DNA of 64,000 bases from Phyllosticta citribraziliensis. Taxonomy: Eukaryota. The notes below the pieces were generated by a model that had not been told where the DNA came from, made no database searches, and saw only the letters and a list, made by a program, of their open reading frames with translations. Location: the NCBI RefSeq assembly GCF_038025025.1, contig NW_027117341.1:1550001-1614000 (forward strand). Direction: 5' to 3'. The translations under genes were made by a program, and so were the position numbers. Shown one piece after another: positions 1 through 14,194 of the stretch. The stretch's first letter is position 1. Each line of letters begins with the position of its first letter.

Positions 1-431
1 TCCCAATCGCCATCCTCATCCTCATCCTCATCCTCATCCTCTTCATCCTCGGCGAAGAAACTCCCCCGCTCCATCCTCGCCGCCACAGCCTACAGCGCCG
101 ACGCCGCCACCGCCGCCGCCGACGCCGCCACCCGCGCCCGCATCGTCATCGGCGACGCGCTGCCGCTGCGCCTGCGCGTGCGCTGGTACGACGGCGCGAG
201 TCCGCCTTACGGCGCCTCCTCTTCGCTCAGCTCCTCGTGCTGCTCCGCGAGCGCCGTCTTCTTGTACTGCGCGCTCAGCGCCGGCGCGGCGGTTGCGGTG
301 ACGTTTGCGTGGTGGCGCGGGGTCGAGCTGCCAAGGCGGCTGCGGCGTGCGGCGGGGGGGAGGGAGGGCAGGTTGGAGGGGGGGTTGGGGGGGTCTGGGG
401 GAATGGGAGGGGGGATGGCAGGGGCGGGCAA
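1..431 (-). pseudogene. Possible disrupted gene (Pro-rich start, acidic EDEDED tract), runs off the window edge
   Basis: ORF 207..431 continues in the same frame past TAA (207-209) and TAG (90-92) into ARMERGSFFAEDEEDEDEDEDEDGDW. No family recognised. Confidence 0.3.
11..50. repeat. (CATCCT)n hexanucleotide repeat
   Basis: Tandem CATCCT units with one interruption. Encodes Glu-Asp repeats on the minus strand. Confidence 0.8.
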
Positions 432-1165
432 GGGGTATAGTGGGTATGGGTATAATGGGTTTGGGTTGGGGTTGGGGAATGGGGGTGTGGGAGGCGGGAA
501 GAGAGATTGATTTGTTGGTTGATTGATTGAACAGATTTCACTGCAGTGGAGTGACGGGGAGTTCGCTTTTTCCGTAGATGGAAGAGTTAGTTAGCTGGGT
601 GCGAGATTCGAGACTTCTTTAGATGCACTGCGACAGTCTGTCGGCAGAAAGGAAGAAAGAAAGAATAGCTGGCGCAAGCCATCCAATCACTTTCATCGTG
701 TCGCTGTCTACAGGCGAATTTCAAAGCACCTTTAGCTCACATCATTTCACCGGACACGGGCATGCACAGCAGATGAAGTGTAAATCGTATCTCATTTCAA
801 GAGCGCTTTTTCGAGAATCCCCAGACACCTCCGCCGCAACCCTCCTCTCGAGACGCTTATCGAAAAACCAAGGGAAGGAGGCGCAACGACCCCATCGAAG
901 CGGCGGCGGCAGCAGCCGTAACAGACGCAGAAAAGACGAGCAGCAAACGAAAACACCTGGAGAAGATTCGCCGCCGCCGCCGCAACGACCAAAAGAACCC
1001 AGTAGAAGAAGTAGTTGGGGGACCGCAGAGACCAGACGGCAGGAAACGGAAAAGAGGAAAAGCCCACTCAAAGGAGATGTTTTTGTAGCTTCGTGACGTC
1101 TTGACAGAGGACAAAAGGAAAGCGAAGAAGAGGCGAGGGGCGTTCCCAGCACTCGTCGGACCAGC

Positions 1166-3653
1166 TCACCACTCGAGCGGCTCCGTCTTGACGGCGCCGC
1201 GGTTGGTTTTTGGGATAGGTGCCGCCTCGACCATGACGGGACCGCCGCGGCGGTTGCCGCGCTTGAGGTAGCCGGAGCCGTCGAGCCAGGGCCAGTCGCG
1301 CGTGCGCTTCTCCTCGAAGCGCTGGATCTTGTCCTGCTTCTGCATCGTGAGGCCGATGTCGTCGAGGCCGTTGACGAGGCAGTGCTTGCGGAACTCCTCG
1401 ACGTCGAACTTGGCCAGCTCGTTGCCGTTGGCGTCGCGGATCACCTGCGCCGGGAGGTCGACCTCGATTTCCCGTCCGGCCTTGGCTTCGTCGGCGATGC
1501 GGTTCAGCGTTGCCTCGTCCTCGATGCGCAGCGGAAGCATGCCGTTCTTGAACGTGTTGTTGAAGAAGATGTCGCCGAAGCTGGGCGCGATGACGCATAG
1601 GATGCCAAAGTCGAGCAGAGACCACGGCGCGTGCTCGCGAGATGAGCCGCATCCGAAGTTAGGACCTGTGCACACGAGGATCTTGGCCCTGCGGTAAGGT
1701 TCCTTGTTGAGCACAAAGTCGGGGTTCTCGGCGCCAGTCTGGGGGTCGTAGCGCCACGCGTTGAAGAGGGCCGAGCCGAGACCGGACCGCTTGATGGTCT
1801 TGAGGAACTGCTTGGGGATGATGGCGTCCGTGTCGATGTTGGCCACATCCATGGGCGCGGCAATGCCCTTGAGCTGAGTGAACTTGGGCATGCCTGCAGA
1901 GCTGGCCGGGGCACCGGTCGAAGCGGTGTTGCCCTGCGAGTCTACGGGGTCGTCAAGGATCTTGTCAAGGTCCTCGTCGCTCTCGATGTCGCTGACGCTG
2001 GGCTCGAGCTCCATCTTGGGAGAGCCCTTGGCCACAGCCTGAGGCGGAGCGTACTTGCGGACGTCAGCAAGCTTGCCGCTGAGCGCTGCCGCAGCAGCCA
2101 TGGCGGGCGACATCAAGTGCGTCCGACCACCGGCACCCTGGCGACCCTCAAAGTTACGGTTCGAGGTACTGGCGCAGCGCTCGCCAGGAGAGAGGATGTC
2201 GGGGTTCATGCCAAGACACATGGAGCAACCGGCTTCTCTCCACTCGAAACCGGAGTCGGTAAAAATCTTGTCGAGACCCTCGGATTCGGCCTGGCTTTTG
2301 ACGAGACCGGAGCCAGGAACAATCATGGCGCGCTTGATGTTGGGCGCAATCTTGTGTCCCCTGACTATCCTTGCGGCTTCGCGGAGATCTTCGATGCGGG
2401 CGTTGGTGCAGGATCCAATAAAGACCTTGTCAACGACAATCTCCTCCATGGGAGTACCGGCCTCGAGGCCCATGTACTGGAGAGCACGAACGCACGCCTT
2501 CTTCTTCGTCTCATCTTGAAAGTCGTCGGGGCCCGGGACCTTGGCGGTGATGGGAACAACGTCCTGAGGCGAAGTACCCCAGGAGACTGTAGGGGCAATG
2601 TCCTTGGTGTCGATAAAGATGTCGTGGTCGAACTTGGCTCCTTCATCCGTCTTGAGAGTGGACCAGTAAGATACCGCCTTTTTCCACTCTGGGCTGTCGA
2701 CCTTGGGAGCAAGGGGCTTGCCCTTGAGGTATTCGAAGGTAATGTCGTCCGGGGCAATCATTCCCGAGCGAGCACCAGCCTCGATGGACATGTTGCAAAT
2801 CGACATGCGCGCCTCCATGCTCAGACCACGGATAGCAGAGCCGCAGAATTCAATGACGCTGCCAGTGCCACCTGCTGTACCAATGATGCCAATGACGTGG
2901 AGAACAATATCTTTGCTGCTCACTCCTGGGGCAAGCTCGCCGTCGACTTGGACCCTCATGTTTTTGCTCCTCTTTGAGATCAAAGTCTGAGTAGCAAGGA
3001 CGTGCTCGACTTCGCTGGTTCCGATGCCAAACGCCAACGCGCCAAAAGCGCCGTGGGTGGACGTGTGGCTGTCACCACACACGACGGTGGTGGCGGGGAG
3101 AGTGAAGCCCTGCTCGGGACCGATGATGTGGACAATTCCTTGCCTCTTGTCGCCCATACCAAAGTATGTGAGGCCAAAGGCCTTGACGTTGTCCTCGAGA
3201 GTGGCGCATTGCGTTCGCGAGTCGTCCTCCTCGATGAACGAGCTTACATTCTTGAAGTTTTTTCTTGATGAGGTGGGGACGTTCTGGTTTTGGGTCAGTT
3301 TTGGAGTCGTCCTTGGCAGTGGGCGACAGTGACTTACGTGGTCTGTTGTGACGAGGGTGCAGTCAGGTCTCCGGACTTTCCGGCTGGCGTTGCGGAGCCC
3401 CTCAAAGGCTTGCTGTGGAAGTGATTAGCCCCGCTATGGAGCCGCGGTGGAATGCGGGGATCTGGACTTACTGGTGAAGTGACTTCGTGGACGAGATGTC
3501 TGTCTGGCGGAATTGTCAGCTTTGTCGGATGGGGTGGAGCGGTCGCAAAGTACCGATGTAGATGAGAACAGTGCCATCGTCCTTTTCGTCGACAATGTGG
3601 TCCTCAAAGACCTTGTCGTACAGAGTTCTGGGTCCCTTGACGGCGCCGGGCAT
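1166..3653 (-). CDS. LEU1: 3-isopropylmalate dehydratase (fused large and small subunits), multi-exon
   Basis: Starts [21 protein letters not shown]. Short 5' exons give [10 protein letters not shown] and QAFEGL. Motifs [61 protein letters not shown] and [13 protein letters not shown]. Confidence 0.97.
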
Positions 3654-3793
3654 TTTTGAAGAGAAATCAGGGGGTATCTGGAGAAGAGGAGAAGAAGATG
3701 AAGAAGCAAGCACCGGGACTATTGCAGAGATGTAGAGTAGAGGGTGAAGGTTGGTGCGCGATACAAATATTGGACTTGGGGGAGGCAGCGAGG

Positions 3794-3803
3794 CCGAGGT
3801 CGG
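3794..3803. promoter_or_regulatory. Putative Leu3/LeuB Zn2Cys6 binding site (CCG-N4-CGG)
   Basis: CCGAGGTCGG about 140 nt upstream of the LEU1 ATG, matching the CCG-N4-CGG element known for Leu3/LeuB. Confidence 0.6.
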
Positions 3804-4335
3804 AGGCGGGCGGGCGGTAACCAAGTTTGGGTCGACGCTGATTGGCCAGGCCCCACGCATGACGGACACAAGCCTCATGATCCCGTCCTGCTGGCCTTGG
3901 CCGAGGGGCAGCCACCAACTCTATCAACACGGCCAATTGCCGCCAGCCCGTTGCCAAATGCCCCTCCACACGTGCTCGACGAGATTCGCCATCTCTGCTG
4001 CTGTCCAACGACACCACGCCTGATGTCAGCCCGTTTGTGGGGAGCGTCGCCCCTGGGAGACGTCATCATTCTTCCCGACCGTCACAATTTCACTCCTCAT
4101 TCCAAGCAGCTTGCGACGTTTTGACGAAACCCAAGCCGCTTCGCATGGGGTTGCTTTGCCGGCGTCGCCTTATCTTGCGTCCGAACTTGTCAAAACAAAC
4201 TAAATCCCGAGCACGACATTGTATCGCCGGACCTGACCTCAGTCCATTGCATGCAGCCAGCCACATCCATCTCACGCATGCCCCATCTGTGGCACAGATC
4301 CAAACAACAATGACCTCACTGCCGAAGGCGGGCGG

Positions 4336-5342
4336 TCAACCGAGGGAGCCGAACACCACCGAAGTCGGCGCCCCCCGCCCCTGGCTGCCCAACAACGACT
4401 TTTCCAAAGTCAGCAAAAGGTGCGAAGTTCGGACAACGACTTCTGTCCAGTGTGTCAGCGCTCCTCCCGAGGAGCCCCCGCTTTGAGTAATACTACCCCT
4501 GGCTGCGACATCGGCCCCCTGGCCGTCTCGTCCTTCGACTCACCTTTGTAGTCAACATCAAAGCACTTTTCTTCCTCTGTCAGCCGTCGCGGGCTGACGC
4601 GTAGCTTCAGCCCGACGTCCTTGTCGCCACTGAACCATAGAATTCGGTCCTCATGGCCGACGCCCGGTCCCGTGTTTCCGAGGGACGTGCTTTGGGAATG
4701 CTCGGCTTCCAGTTCTGGATGTGGCGCATCTGGGGGAGCGTTCAGCCACTCCCAGAAGATACGAACGACCGTCTTTTGGATGGTGCCAGCGGCGCGGCTG
4801 TGTTTGTTGTAGAATCGGAGGTGGACACAAAGCTGAAAGAACAACTGCCATTCCAAGGACCACATTTGATTGATCAGACCCTCTCCGGGTTGACCTCCCC
4901 TGGTGAATGTCGGCTCTGCCGTCAAAGGGTGTGTTCTGCTTCCAGGAATGTCTCCCGGTCTGGCTGTCCTGTGGTAATGCTCGGGGCCGCTGCGATGAAG
5001 CTTGAACCGCGAATATCTTGATCTGAGGCGGTCCAAAGTGTTGACTTGACCCTGTTCAACATTGCCAGCCTCACTAGTCTCTGGCTCTTCTGTCTCTAGC
5101 GGTGTGCAAAACATGTACGGCTCTTGCATGATGTGGGACGGGTCGCTGCTTTCGAGAATCAAGGCGTATCCATAATCGTGAAGGTGAGCAGCAAAGTGGA
5201 GTCGGGCTCGAATGATTCGAATGATGATGTCGTGCACGCGATGTGATGTTGTGGTCAATGGAAGCAGCTCTGTAGTGGCCAAGTTGTTGAAAACTTGCAG
5301 CAGCAGCTCAGATGGGAGTGAAAGAAGCTTGGAAGAATCCAT
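4336..5342 (-). CDS. F-box domain protein (2 exons)
   Basis: N-terminal LLSLPSELLLQVFNNL F-box motif. Intron 4543-4443 (GTGAGT...GCTGAC...CAG) restores a last exon EVVVRTSHLLLTLEKSLL...GSLG* ending at 4336. Confidence 0.75.
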
Positions 5343-5621
5343 TTGAAAGGCAAGTCAACGAATCAGAGCTAGAAATCACGGTGCAGCAACACATGTATTG
5401 AAGACGGGACTGGAGAGAGTGAAGGCGACTAAGGAAGGCTGGTGAGAGGCACGGACCGAGGGGAAGCTCAGGTTCTGTGGTGGTGTGTCGACGGGAGATG
5501 CTGTACCAAGCCCTACGCGGGAGCTAGACCAAATTCGGCTAGACCTGCCAGGGCCTGGTGAACGTCAACCCCACGCCCCAGGTCCTCTCTCTTCACCCCA
5601 AAACCCTGCCTAATCACCGTC

Positions 5622-7121
5622 ATGCAGAATTTCGTCGGCCGCAACCAGAACAGGTCTGCAAGTCCAGTCCAAAATGAAGTCCAACCAGCAAAAGCATCAG
5701 AATCCAAAGAACGTGACCGCATCCGCAAGGCCGAAGCAATGAAGATGAGTGTGGCGCCGACCAAGCTTGCCCACAATGAAGCTGGCCACGAAGACAATCA
5801 TAGTCTTGGAGGCGATTCTTCGATTACGGCCAACACCTTGAAAGAGAAACCGCATCATCGGCCGGTTGAGTACGACAACTTCGCGACTGACGATGAGCAC
5901 GCTGATGTCACCACGACGGGTTCACTCGGCTTCGACTACCATCAGAACCCTGGAATGCCTTCGCACTATGATCATCTTGAGAGCCAGGAGCACGAATTCT
6001 ACGATGATGTCCAATCACAAGTCGATGATGAAGAAGCTCCTTCTCAACTCTTCGATCAGCGAGAATACGTCTCAGACATGCGGAATAAAATGAGCATGAT
6101 GTATAACGTCAACGCTTTGAGAGATTCTGGTTCTTTTCCTGCCACCACAAATGGTGACTTTTCTGAACCAGAGGTTGAAGATGAAGTTGCAAACGGTCAT
6201 GGACAAGAAGTGGACCCTCCCTACCAACCACTACGCCATGCCGAGCAGCAGTTCACGGCGAATCTAGCACAGAGATCAGCTCCTTCGTTCCAGCCCAGCT
6301 CCTACGGCCACCAGTCCACCTCCTACGGCCGCCAGGCCATACAAGACCCGTTTCGCTCGGTCTATCAACAGGCGTCAACCACTCAGCGGAACTTGAAGCC
6401 AACAGATCTAGCTCCTGTCAGAGCCACAGAAACTGGATCTCCTCGCCCTTATACTGCAAGGCTAAGAAATCAGGATGCACATCTACAGACTCGCACCAAG
6501 ACCTCCAGCCACGAGCAGCCATCAGCACCTAACGGCAAGCCCTCGACGGCCTCCCAACCTCAAGCGCCTTCTGCACCCGCTCCAGCCGTCCATGGCATCC
6601 AAGCAAACAGCCACAAGACGCTCTCCACCCCGGACGAACCATCTCTCGACAGCTCCAACATCTCGGAGCTCCCCCTCGACTACGACGAAGAAAAATTGCG
6701 CACCATGACCTTCGAGCAGCTCGCCAACGAATCCTTCGACTACAACCCGCGCCTCGACGCCTCGCGCAACGCCCTCGCCGACTCACCCGAGCCACTCCCC
6801 GCGCGCCTCGCCGCCCTCCAAAACGATCACAGCGCCGCCGAGCAAGCCGCCTTCTTCGCCTCGCTCTCCATCGACGAGTACGACGACGCCGGCGCGTGGT
6901 TCGCGCAGCAGTTCGCCGCCATCGTGGCGCGCGTCTCGCAGGCCCGCCGCGACAAGCGCCGCGTCGCGCAGCAGTTTGAAGACGAGATTCGCCAGCGCCA
7001 CGACCTGGTTACGCAGAAGAAGAGGCGCCTCGATGATGAGATCGCGAAGATGCGCGGGAAGGGCCAGGACCTGCTGCCCAAGACGCCTGGCAAGAGTCGC
7101 GCGGGGAGCGCCATGCGCTAG
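5622..7121 (+). CDS. ECM11-domain protein (disordered N-terminus, C-terminal coiled coil)
   Basis: 499-aa ORF. C-terminal LDYDEEKLRTMTFEQLANESFDYNP...FFASLSIDEYDDAGAWF...FEDEIRQR resembles the fungal ECM11 domain. Confidence 0.75.
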   Translation: MQNFVGRNQNRSASPVQNEVQPAKASESKERDRIRKAEAMKMSVAPTKLAHNEAGHEDNHSLGGDSSITANTLKEKPHHRPVEYDNFATDDEHADVTTTGSLGFDYHQNPGMPSHYDHLESQEHEFYDDVQSQVDDEEAPSQLFDQREYVSDMRNKMSMMYNVNALRDSGSFPATTNGDFSEPEVEDEVANGHGQEVDPPYQPLRHAEQQFTANLAQRSAPSFQPSSYGHQSTSYGRQAIQDPFRSVYQQASTTQRNLKPTDLAPVRATETGSPRPYTARLRNQDAHLQTRTKTSSHEQPSAPNGKPSTASQPQAPSAPAPAVHGIQANSHKTLSTPDEPSLDSSNISELPLDYDEEKLRTMTFEQLANESFDYNPRLDASRNALADSPEPLPARLAALQNDHSAAEQAAFFASLSIDEYDDAGAWFAQQFAAIVARVSQARRDKRRVAQQFEDEIRQRHDLVTQKKRRLDDEIAKMRGKGQDLLPKTPGKSRAGSAMR

Positions 7122-7740
7122 GCACCGTCGGCGACGTCGACGTCGACGGAATGAAACGAACAAATGAACGAACGAACGTCATGTAAATGTTGCTGCAGGC
7201 ACTGCATACCTGGGGGCAATCAAGCATGTTTTACGGGTCTCTGGATCTCATTTGCTCACCACTCTCCGACATCTTTCGGCGAGCGATGACGCTCTGTGCA
7301 CGTCTCCACAGGCAAGATCGTCGACATGGTGTCGCTCTAGATGGGCCGACTGGCGCCTCCATTTGCTGTTCATGTTACACCTGCTGCTACCTTGCGGTTG
7401 CGTTGCAGCTGCACCGCGAACAACTTGTCTGGCCGGCCGGCTGGCGAATAGCGGCGGTTTACGTGTTTTGGGCGCTGTGGGTACTGTGCTGTAGTGATCG
7501 GATACCAGAGAAGTCGGGATGAGGTCAGAGGGAGAAGGTAGTCTATGCATCGATTTGTACAAATAAATAAATGGGAAGATGCTGTCCGGCGATTCAGCTG
7601 TGGCTTTTGCGCTGAAAAGGCTGCCCCGCTATGGACGGGATGGAGAAGCCACACAGGTATCTAGATACATGTCTACATGCACATATGCACAGATAAAGGA
7701 AAAGAAGCGATAGGGTAAGAAGAAGCGGAAGAGTTGCATC

Positions 7741-9260
7741 TCACCCCCAATTATCCTGCGTAAACACCAGCAGCGCCAGCTTGTGCCGCACAAAGAGGCC
7801 AAACAGGCCGCACGCCAGCTGCAGCGCGCTGAGGCCCAGGCACAGTCGGTCCTCGCGCATCGGGCCCCACCACACGAGCCACAGGTTCAGCAGCGTCAGG
7901 TTGGTGCACTCGACGACGCGGCCGGACGCCGGGTCCGTCGTGACGCGCACAAGGCGGACGCGGTGCAGCAGCTTGAGCACGGCGCCGACGACGGGACGCA
8001 GCGGGTTGCGCTCGTCGAAGACGGCGGTCGAGGGCTCCAAGAGCCCCGTGGCGCGATTAAATCGCGGCAGGCGGTGGCGGGGGCAGGGGACGAGGTGAAA
8101 GAGCTGCGGGGCCGAGTAGACGAAGTTTGCAATCTGCGGGACGAGCAGCAGCAGGAGGGTTTTGGAGAAGTGGCCGAGGATGCCGACGACGGCGAAGACC
8201 ATGCCGGCGAAGTAGCAGTACGTGTCGCCGACGAAGACGCGGGCGGGGAACCAGTTGTGCGCCAGCAGCGCCAGCGACGCGCCGATGAAGGGCAGCAGCA
8301 GGTACAGGCTGAACAGGTGCGAGTCGGTGGCCGGGTGCGGCGACGGGAAGCCCGCCGGCGGCGGCGGCAGCAGGTACAGCAGGTCGTTGAAGGCGAGCAG
8401 CATGGCGATGATGAGGCTTTGGCTCACCTCGATGCCGTTGATGCCCGCGAGGATGTTGATGCTGTTGGGGCAGAAGATGGATATGGCTGCCATGTAGGCG
8501 TAGTAGAGCCATCCTAGGGGTAGAGGGTCAGGCCAAGGGGGGAAACACGACGGTCAGGGGGAGGCGGGCGGCTTACCGAGGTCGAACAGCTCGCCAAAGT
8601 AGGGCCGCAATGGCGTGGGGATGACGATTTTGGTCACGCCGAAATCGACAAAGTAGACGCTGAGGATGGGGATGGCGGCGAAGGCGGGAATCAGAATCTT
8701 GTGCCGCCAGCGAATGTCAAACAGGTCGTCGCCAATGCCGAGGAGGACGACGGTTTGCAACGACAGAATGGCAGACAGGTATGATGCAAGCTACGCCAAG
8801 TCAGAACAAAAGAGAAACGAGACTGTGCGGAAAGAAAAGTAGACACCTTGCTGTGCGGGAAGCGGTGGAGAAAACGGCCGGTTTCGACCTCTTGGACGTG
8901 GAGGATAAAGTCCCGGTTGCCGCCGCCAGACGTGGCGGCGACAATGTCCTTGTAAAAGGGAAAGGGAATGAAGACGATGAGAATGAAGAGGTAGACGGTG
9001 GCACACACGGCGCCCATGGTCTCGGGAATCTCGACGAGCTTGGGCTTGGACATGTCCTTGCCCTTGAAGCCGGCGCGCATGAAGGCGTCGCCGAGCCAGC
9101 GGACGAGGGCATAGCAGCTGGCGAAGGCGATGCCGCTAAAGGCCAGAGAGGCAACCAGAGGCTCGCCGTCGCCGTCGAACGTGTTGGCCAGCACGGCGAG
9201 ACAGGCGGCCAACAGGGAGAGCAGCATGAACTGCTCACGGCGGGAGAGGGATCCGGCCAT
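7741..9260 (-). CDS. ALG7: UDP-GlcNAc:dolichyl-phosphate GlcNAc-1-phosphate transferase (3 exons)
   Basis: GKDMSK, IPETMG, LGIGDDLFDIRWRHK, NSINILAGINGIE, FVGDTYCYFAG and CPRHRLPRF motifs, multiple TM segments. Confidence 0.96.
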
Positions 9261-9836
9261 GGTGTCGGCGGCCCACCGTCATTCGCTGCGGGGTGCGTGT
9301 AGCCGCTGGGGAGCGGGAGCGGGAGGAGGGCTATGACGGGCAATGGTGGTTGTGGCCGGGCTGATATAAAAGTGCCGGTCCCAGGTTCACTTGTGTTGTT
9401 TGTCCTCTCTCCAAGTGCGCTAAGCTGCTTTGGGAGCCCTGCCGAAGCGACCAACCCGCGGCGACGACTCGGACGCTACTACCAGCAGCATTTCCCTCTC
9501 ATGGCCCCTACAGACGACGACTTCCAGGCCCAACTCAATGACGTTAGCAGAAAACTCTCGCTCCCGGGCTTCCTGAAGAGCCTGACGCCCTCTCGTCTGC
9601 CCTCGCAAGCCGCCAGCGACGCCTCAGGCTCCTCCCCCAAGGACAGGGACGGCCCGGCCCATCGCCGCGCTCGCTCCTTCGCGTCCCCGCTACACGACAC
9701 ACAGTCGACCACCTCGGAGCCATTGCGCAAAGCCGCGACCTTGCTGCTCGCCCACTCGCCCAATGCGTCGTCTGCTGCCGACCCATATCCCGAACTCTGC
9801 GAATCCGAAGCAAAAGCCCGCGTAGCCTGGCGCAAA

Positions 9837-11315
9837 ATGGCCGCCAATGCCGCCTTCTCCGTCTTTGATCACGGCCACCAGGACCTCGTCCTGGCCGTCG
9901 ACTTCAACTTTTTCGGCACCCGCATGGTCACGGCCTCTTCTGACCACCGCGTCAAGGTCTGGGACCGCCGCGACGACTCGTGGACCCTGGTCGACAGTTG
10001 GAGAGCTCACGATGCCGAAGTAGTCCATGTAAGTCCCTTGCTGCTGCTGTGTTCGCATTTGTACCGTCGAGATTTGTTGCGTTTGTCCGTTTCCTTGAAT
10101 GCTCCGCATCCCCTTCCCCGCCGCCTGTCAATCACGCTGGTTGATGCGCTCAAGGGCTGTTCCAAGCACACAAATCCTCTCCAGCCCTATCATTTTGACC
10201 TCGTGACACGACCTTCTGGCTGCATCGTCGTTTGTCAGTTCCCCGCATTTACGCAGCATGACCCACTCCACACTTCAAACGCACATTCGGCTAACCTGGA
10301 GCAGGTCAAATGGAACGGCCCATTCATGGGCGAAGTCATTGGCACCATTGGCGAAGATGGCTACTTCAAGCTCTGGCAAGAGGATGTGACTGAAATCGCC
10401 AATTCCGGCCGTCGCTTCAAGTTGATCTACCGTCAAGTCTCGGAGACCAAGGTTCCCTTCATGTCGCTCGACTTCAAGAACATCATGCAAGAGACCTGGG
10501 TTGCCTTGGTCACCCGCGACGGCGTCCTGACGGTTCTTGAGCCAGTCGACCACGGCAACCTCTCTGGCGAGTGGCACGTCATCTCCCACAAGCAAATCAC
10601 CCAACCTCCGCCTCCCCCTTCCGAGGAGAGGAGCTTTCGTGTCTGCTTTCATCACGAGCAACTTCCCTGTTGGACAGCGATCCAAGCTGGTCTGGATCGC
10701 CGCGCCCTCTCCTATGCCGTCGCCGCCATGGACGTTGTCAAGGTCTTTCGCACTGACAAGAACCGCCGCCCCTACATTGCGGCCGAGCTAACCGGTGCAC
10801 GCAACATCATTCGCGACGTCGCCTGGGCCAACGGCAGCATGAGAGGCACCGACATCATCGCCACGGCCTCCAAGGATGGCATGATTCGCATCTACGAGCT
10901 GTCCACTCCAGAGCCGTCGCACGCGCAGAGCAACCTTGCTGCCCCAGCTGTTCAGGAGACGCAGCCTTCGCCGCGCAATCGCGCCCGCAACGCCCCTTCT
11001 GGCATAGGAGCCGGACTGGCGGGAGCGTCGCGCCTGGGCGATGCTGCCGACCACGACCAGGACCCGGGCCGCGTCAAGCATGCTGTCAAGATGGTGGCGG
11101 AGCTGGCATCCAACCACGGAGCCGTTTGGCGCGTTTCTTGGTCATCGATGGGTATGAATAGCTCACTCCTCAACGAGTCGATAGATTGCTAACTGAATGT
11201 TACAGGCGACCTTCTCGTGTCGACGGGTGACGACGGCGCCATTCGCACCTGGAAGAAGGCCAGCGACAACAGATGGCTCGAGTATGCCGAGATTGAGCCC
11301 TACAAGGGGCAGTAG
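9837..11315 (+). CDS. SEH1: Nucleoporin Seh1 (WD40). An alternative in-frame upstream ATG lies at 9501
   Basis: HQDLVLAVDFNFFGTRMVTASSDHRVKVWD, WRAHDAEV, IRDVAWA, VWRVSWS and last exon DLLVSTGDDGAIRTWKK. Introns 10029-10304 and ~11152-11205. Confidence 0.88.
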
Positions 11316-11708
11316 CTTACCTACCTACCCATTTACCTCTTTTCGTCCCACCCAAAGCCACTTTTCCAACTCATGAATGCCAAAGCATAGATTTCCTACT
11401 CTTGTTTTTCTTTTTCTTCCATCATATCTGAATGCGAGCGAGCCTCCTCCCTCCATCGAGGGTATCCCGTCACTACATTAGCGACGAATCAAGGAACATG
11501 GCATTGTGGGTTACCTAGGACTGGCAGCCAGTTAACCATTTGGTCAGCCAGTCAGTCAGTCCGTCCGTCCGTCCGTCCATCACCATTAGAGCGTAGCGTC
11601 CCCCCTCCTCCTACCCCTTCTGCTTCACCTTCACCTTCCCACTCGCAAATCCATCTTTCGTAAAAGCGGGACTGGCGTTCGTTCGGATGAGGCGTGCGTG
11701 TGTTGCCA

Positions 11709-11746
11709 AATCATCATCATCTTTATCATCATCATCATCATCATCA
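11709..11746. repeat. (ATC)n microsatellite
   Basis: Tandem ATC units with one interruption, in intergenic DNA. Confidence 0.85.
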
Positions 11747-12119
11747 TGCTCTGTTTTTCTCTTTTCTCTCTGCGCGGCTTCTTCTGGGGCCTTGGTGGTG
11801 TTTCGGGGAGTAGGGGCACACAAGGGCGGGCTTGCCTGCTTGCTTGCCTGCTTGCTCCGTCGGACGATCGGGATCGAGTTGGATAGGCAGGCACGTAGTG
11901 GAACAAACACATACATCACATCACAAGCCTACCTACCTTTTTTCCCGCCGTCTTCGCACCCATTACATTGGATTTATGCTGACAGCTGAAGGAGGCGGGA
12001 GAAACAAATGTTCTGTGTACTTGCTTCATTTTATTCCTTGCCTTTGCCAACACACCCACCCACCGCTCCCTACATGTACGCTCTCGCTCGCTCGCTCGCT
12101 CACCTACTTTTCTAGTCTT

Positions 12120-14194
<2,075 letters not shown>

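Noticed and set aside
623..1096. 157-aa ORF next to the LEU1 3' end
   Set aside because: Low-complexity translation without recognisable features. Probably UTR or intergenic.
4359..4368. Second CCG-N4-CGG motif upstream of LEU1
   Set aside because: It lies inside the last coding exon of the F-box gene, so it is probably coincidental.
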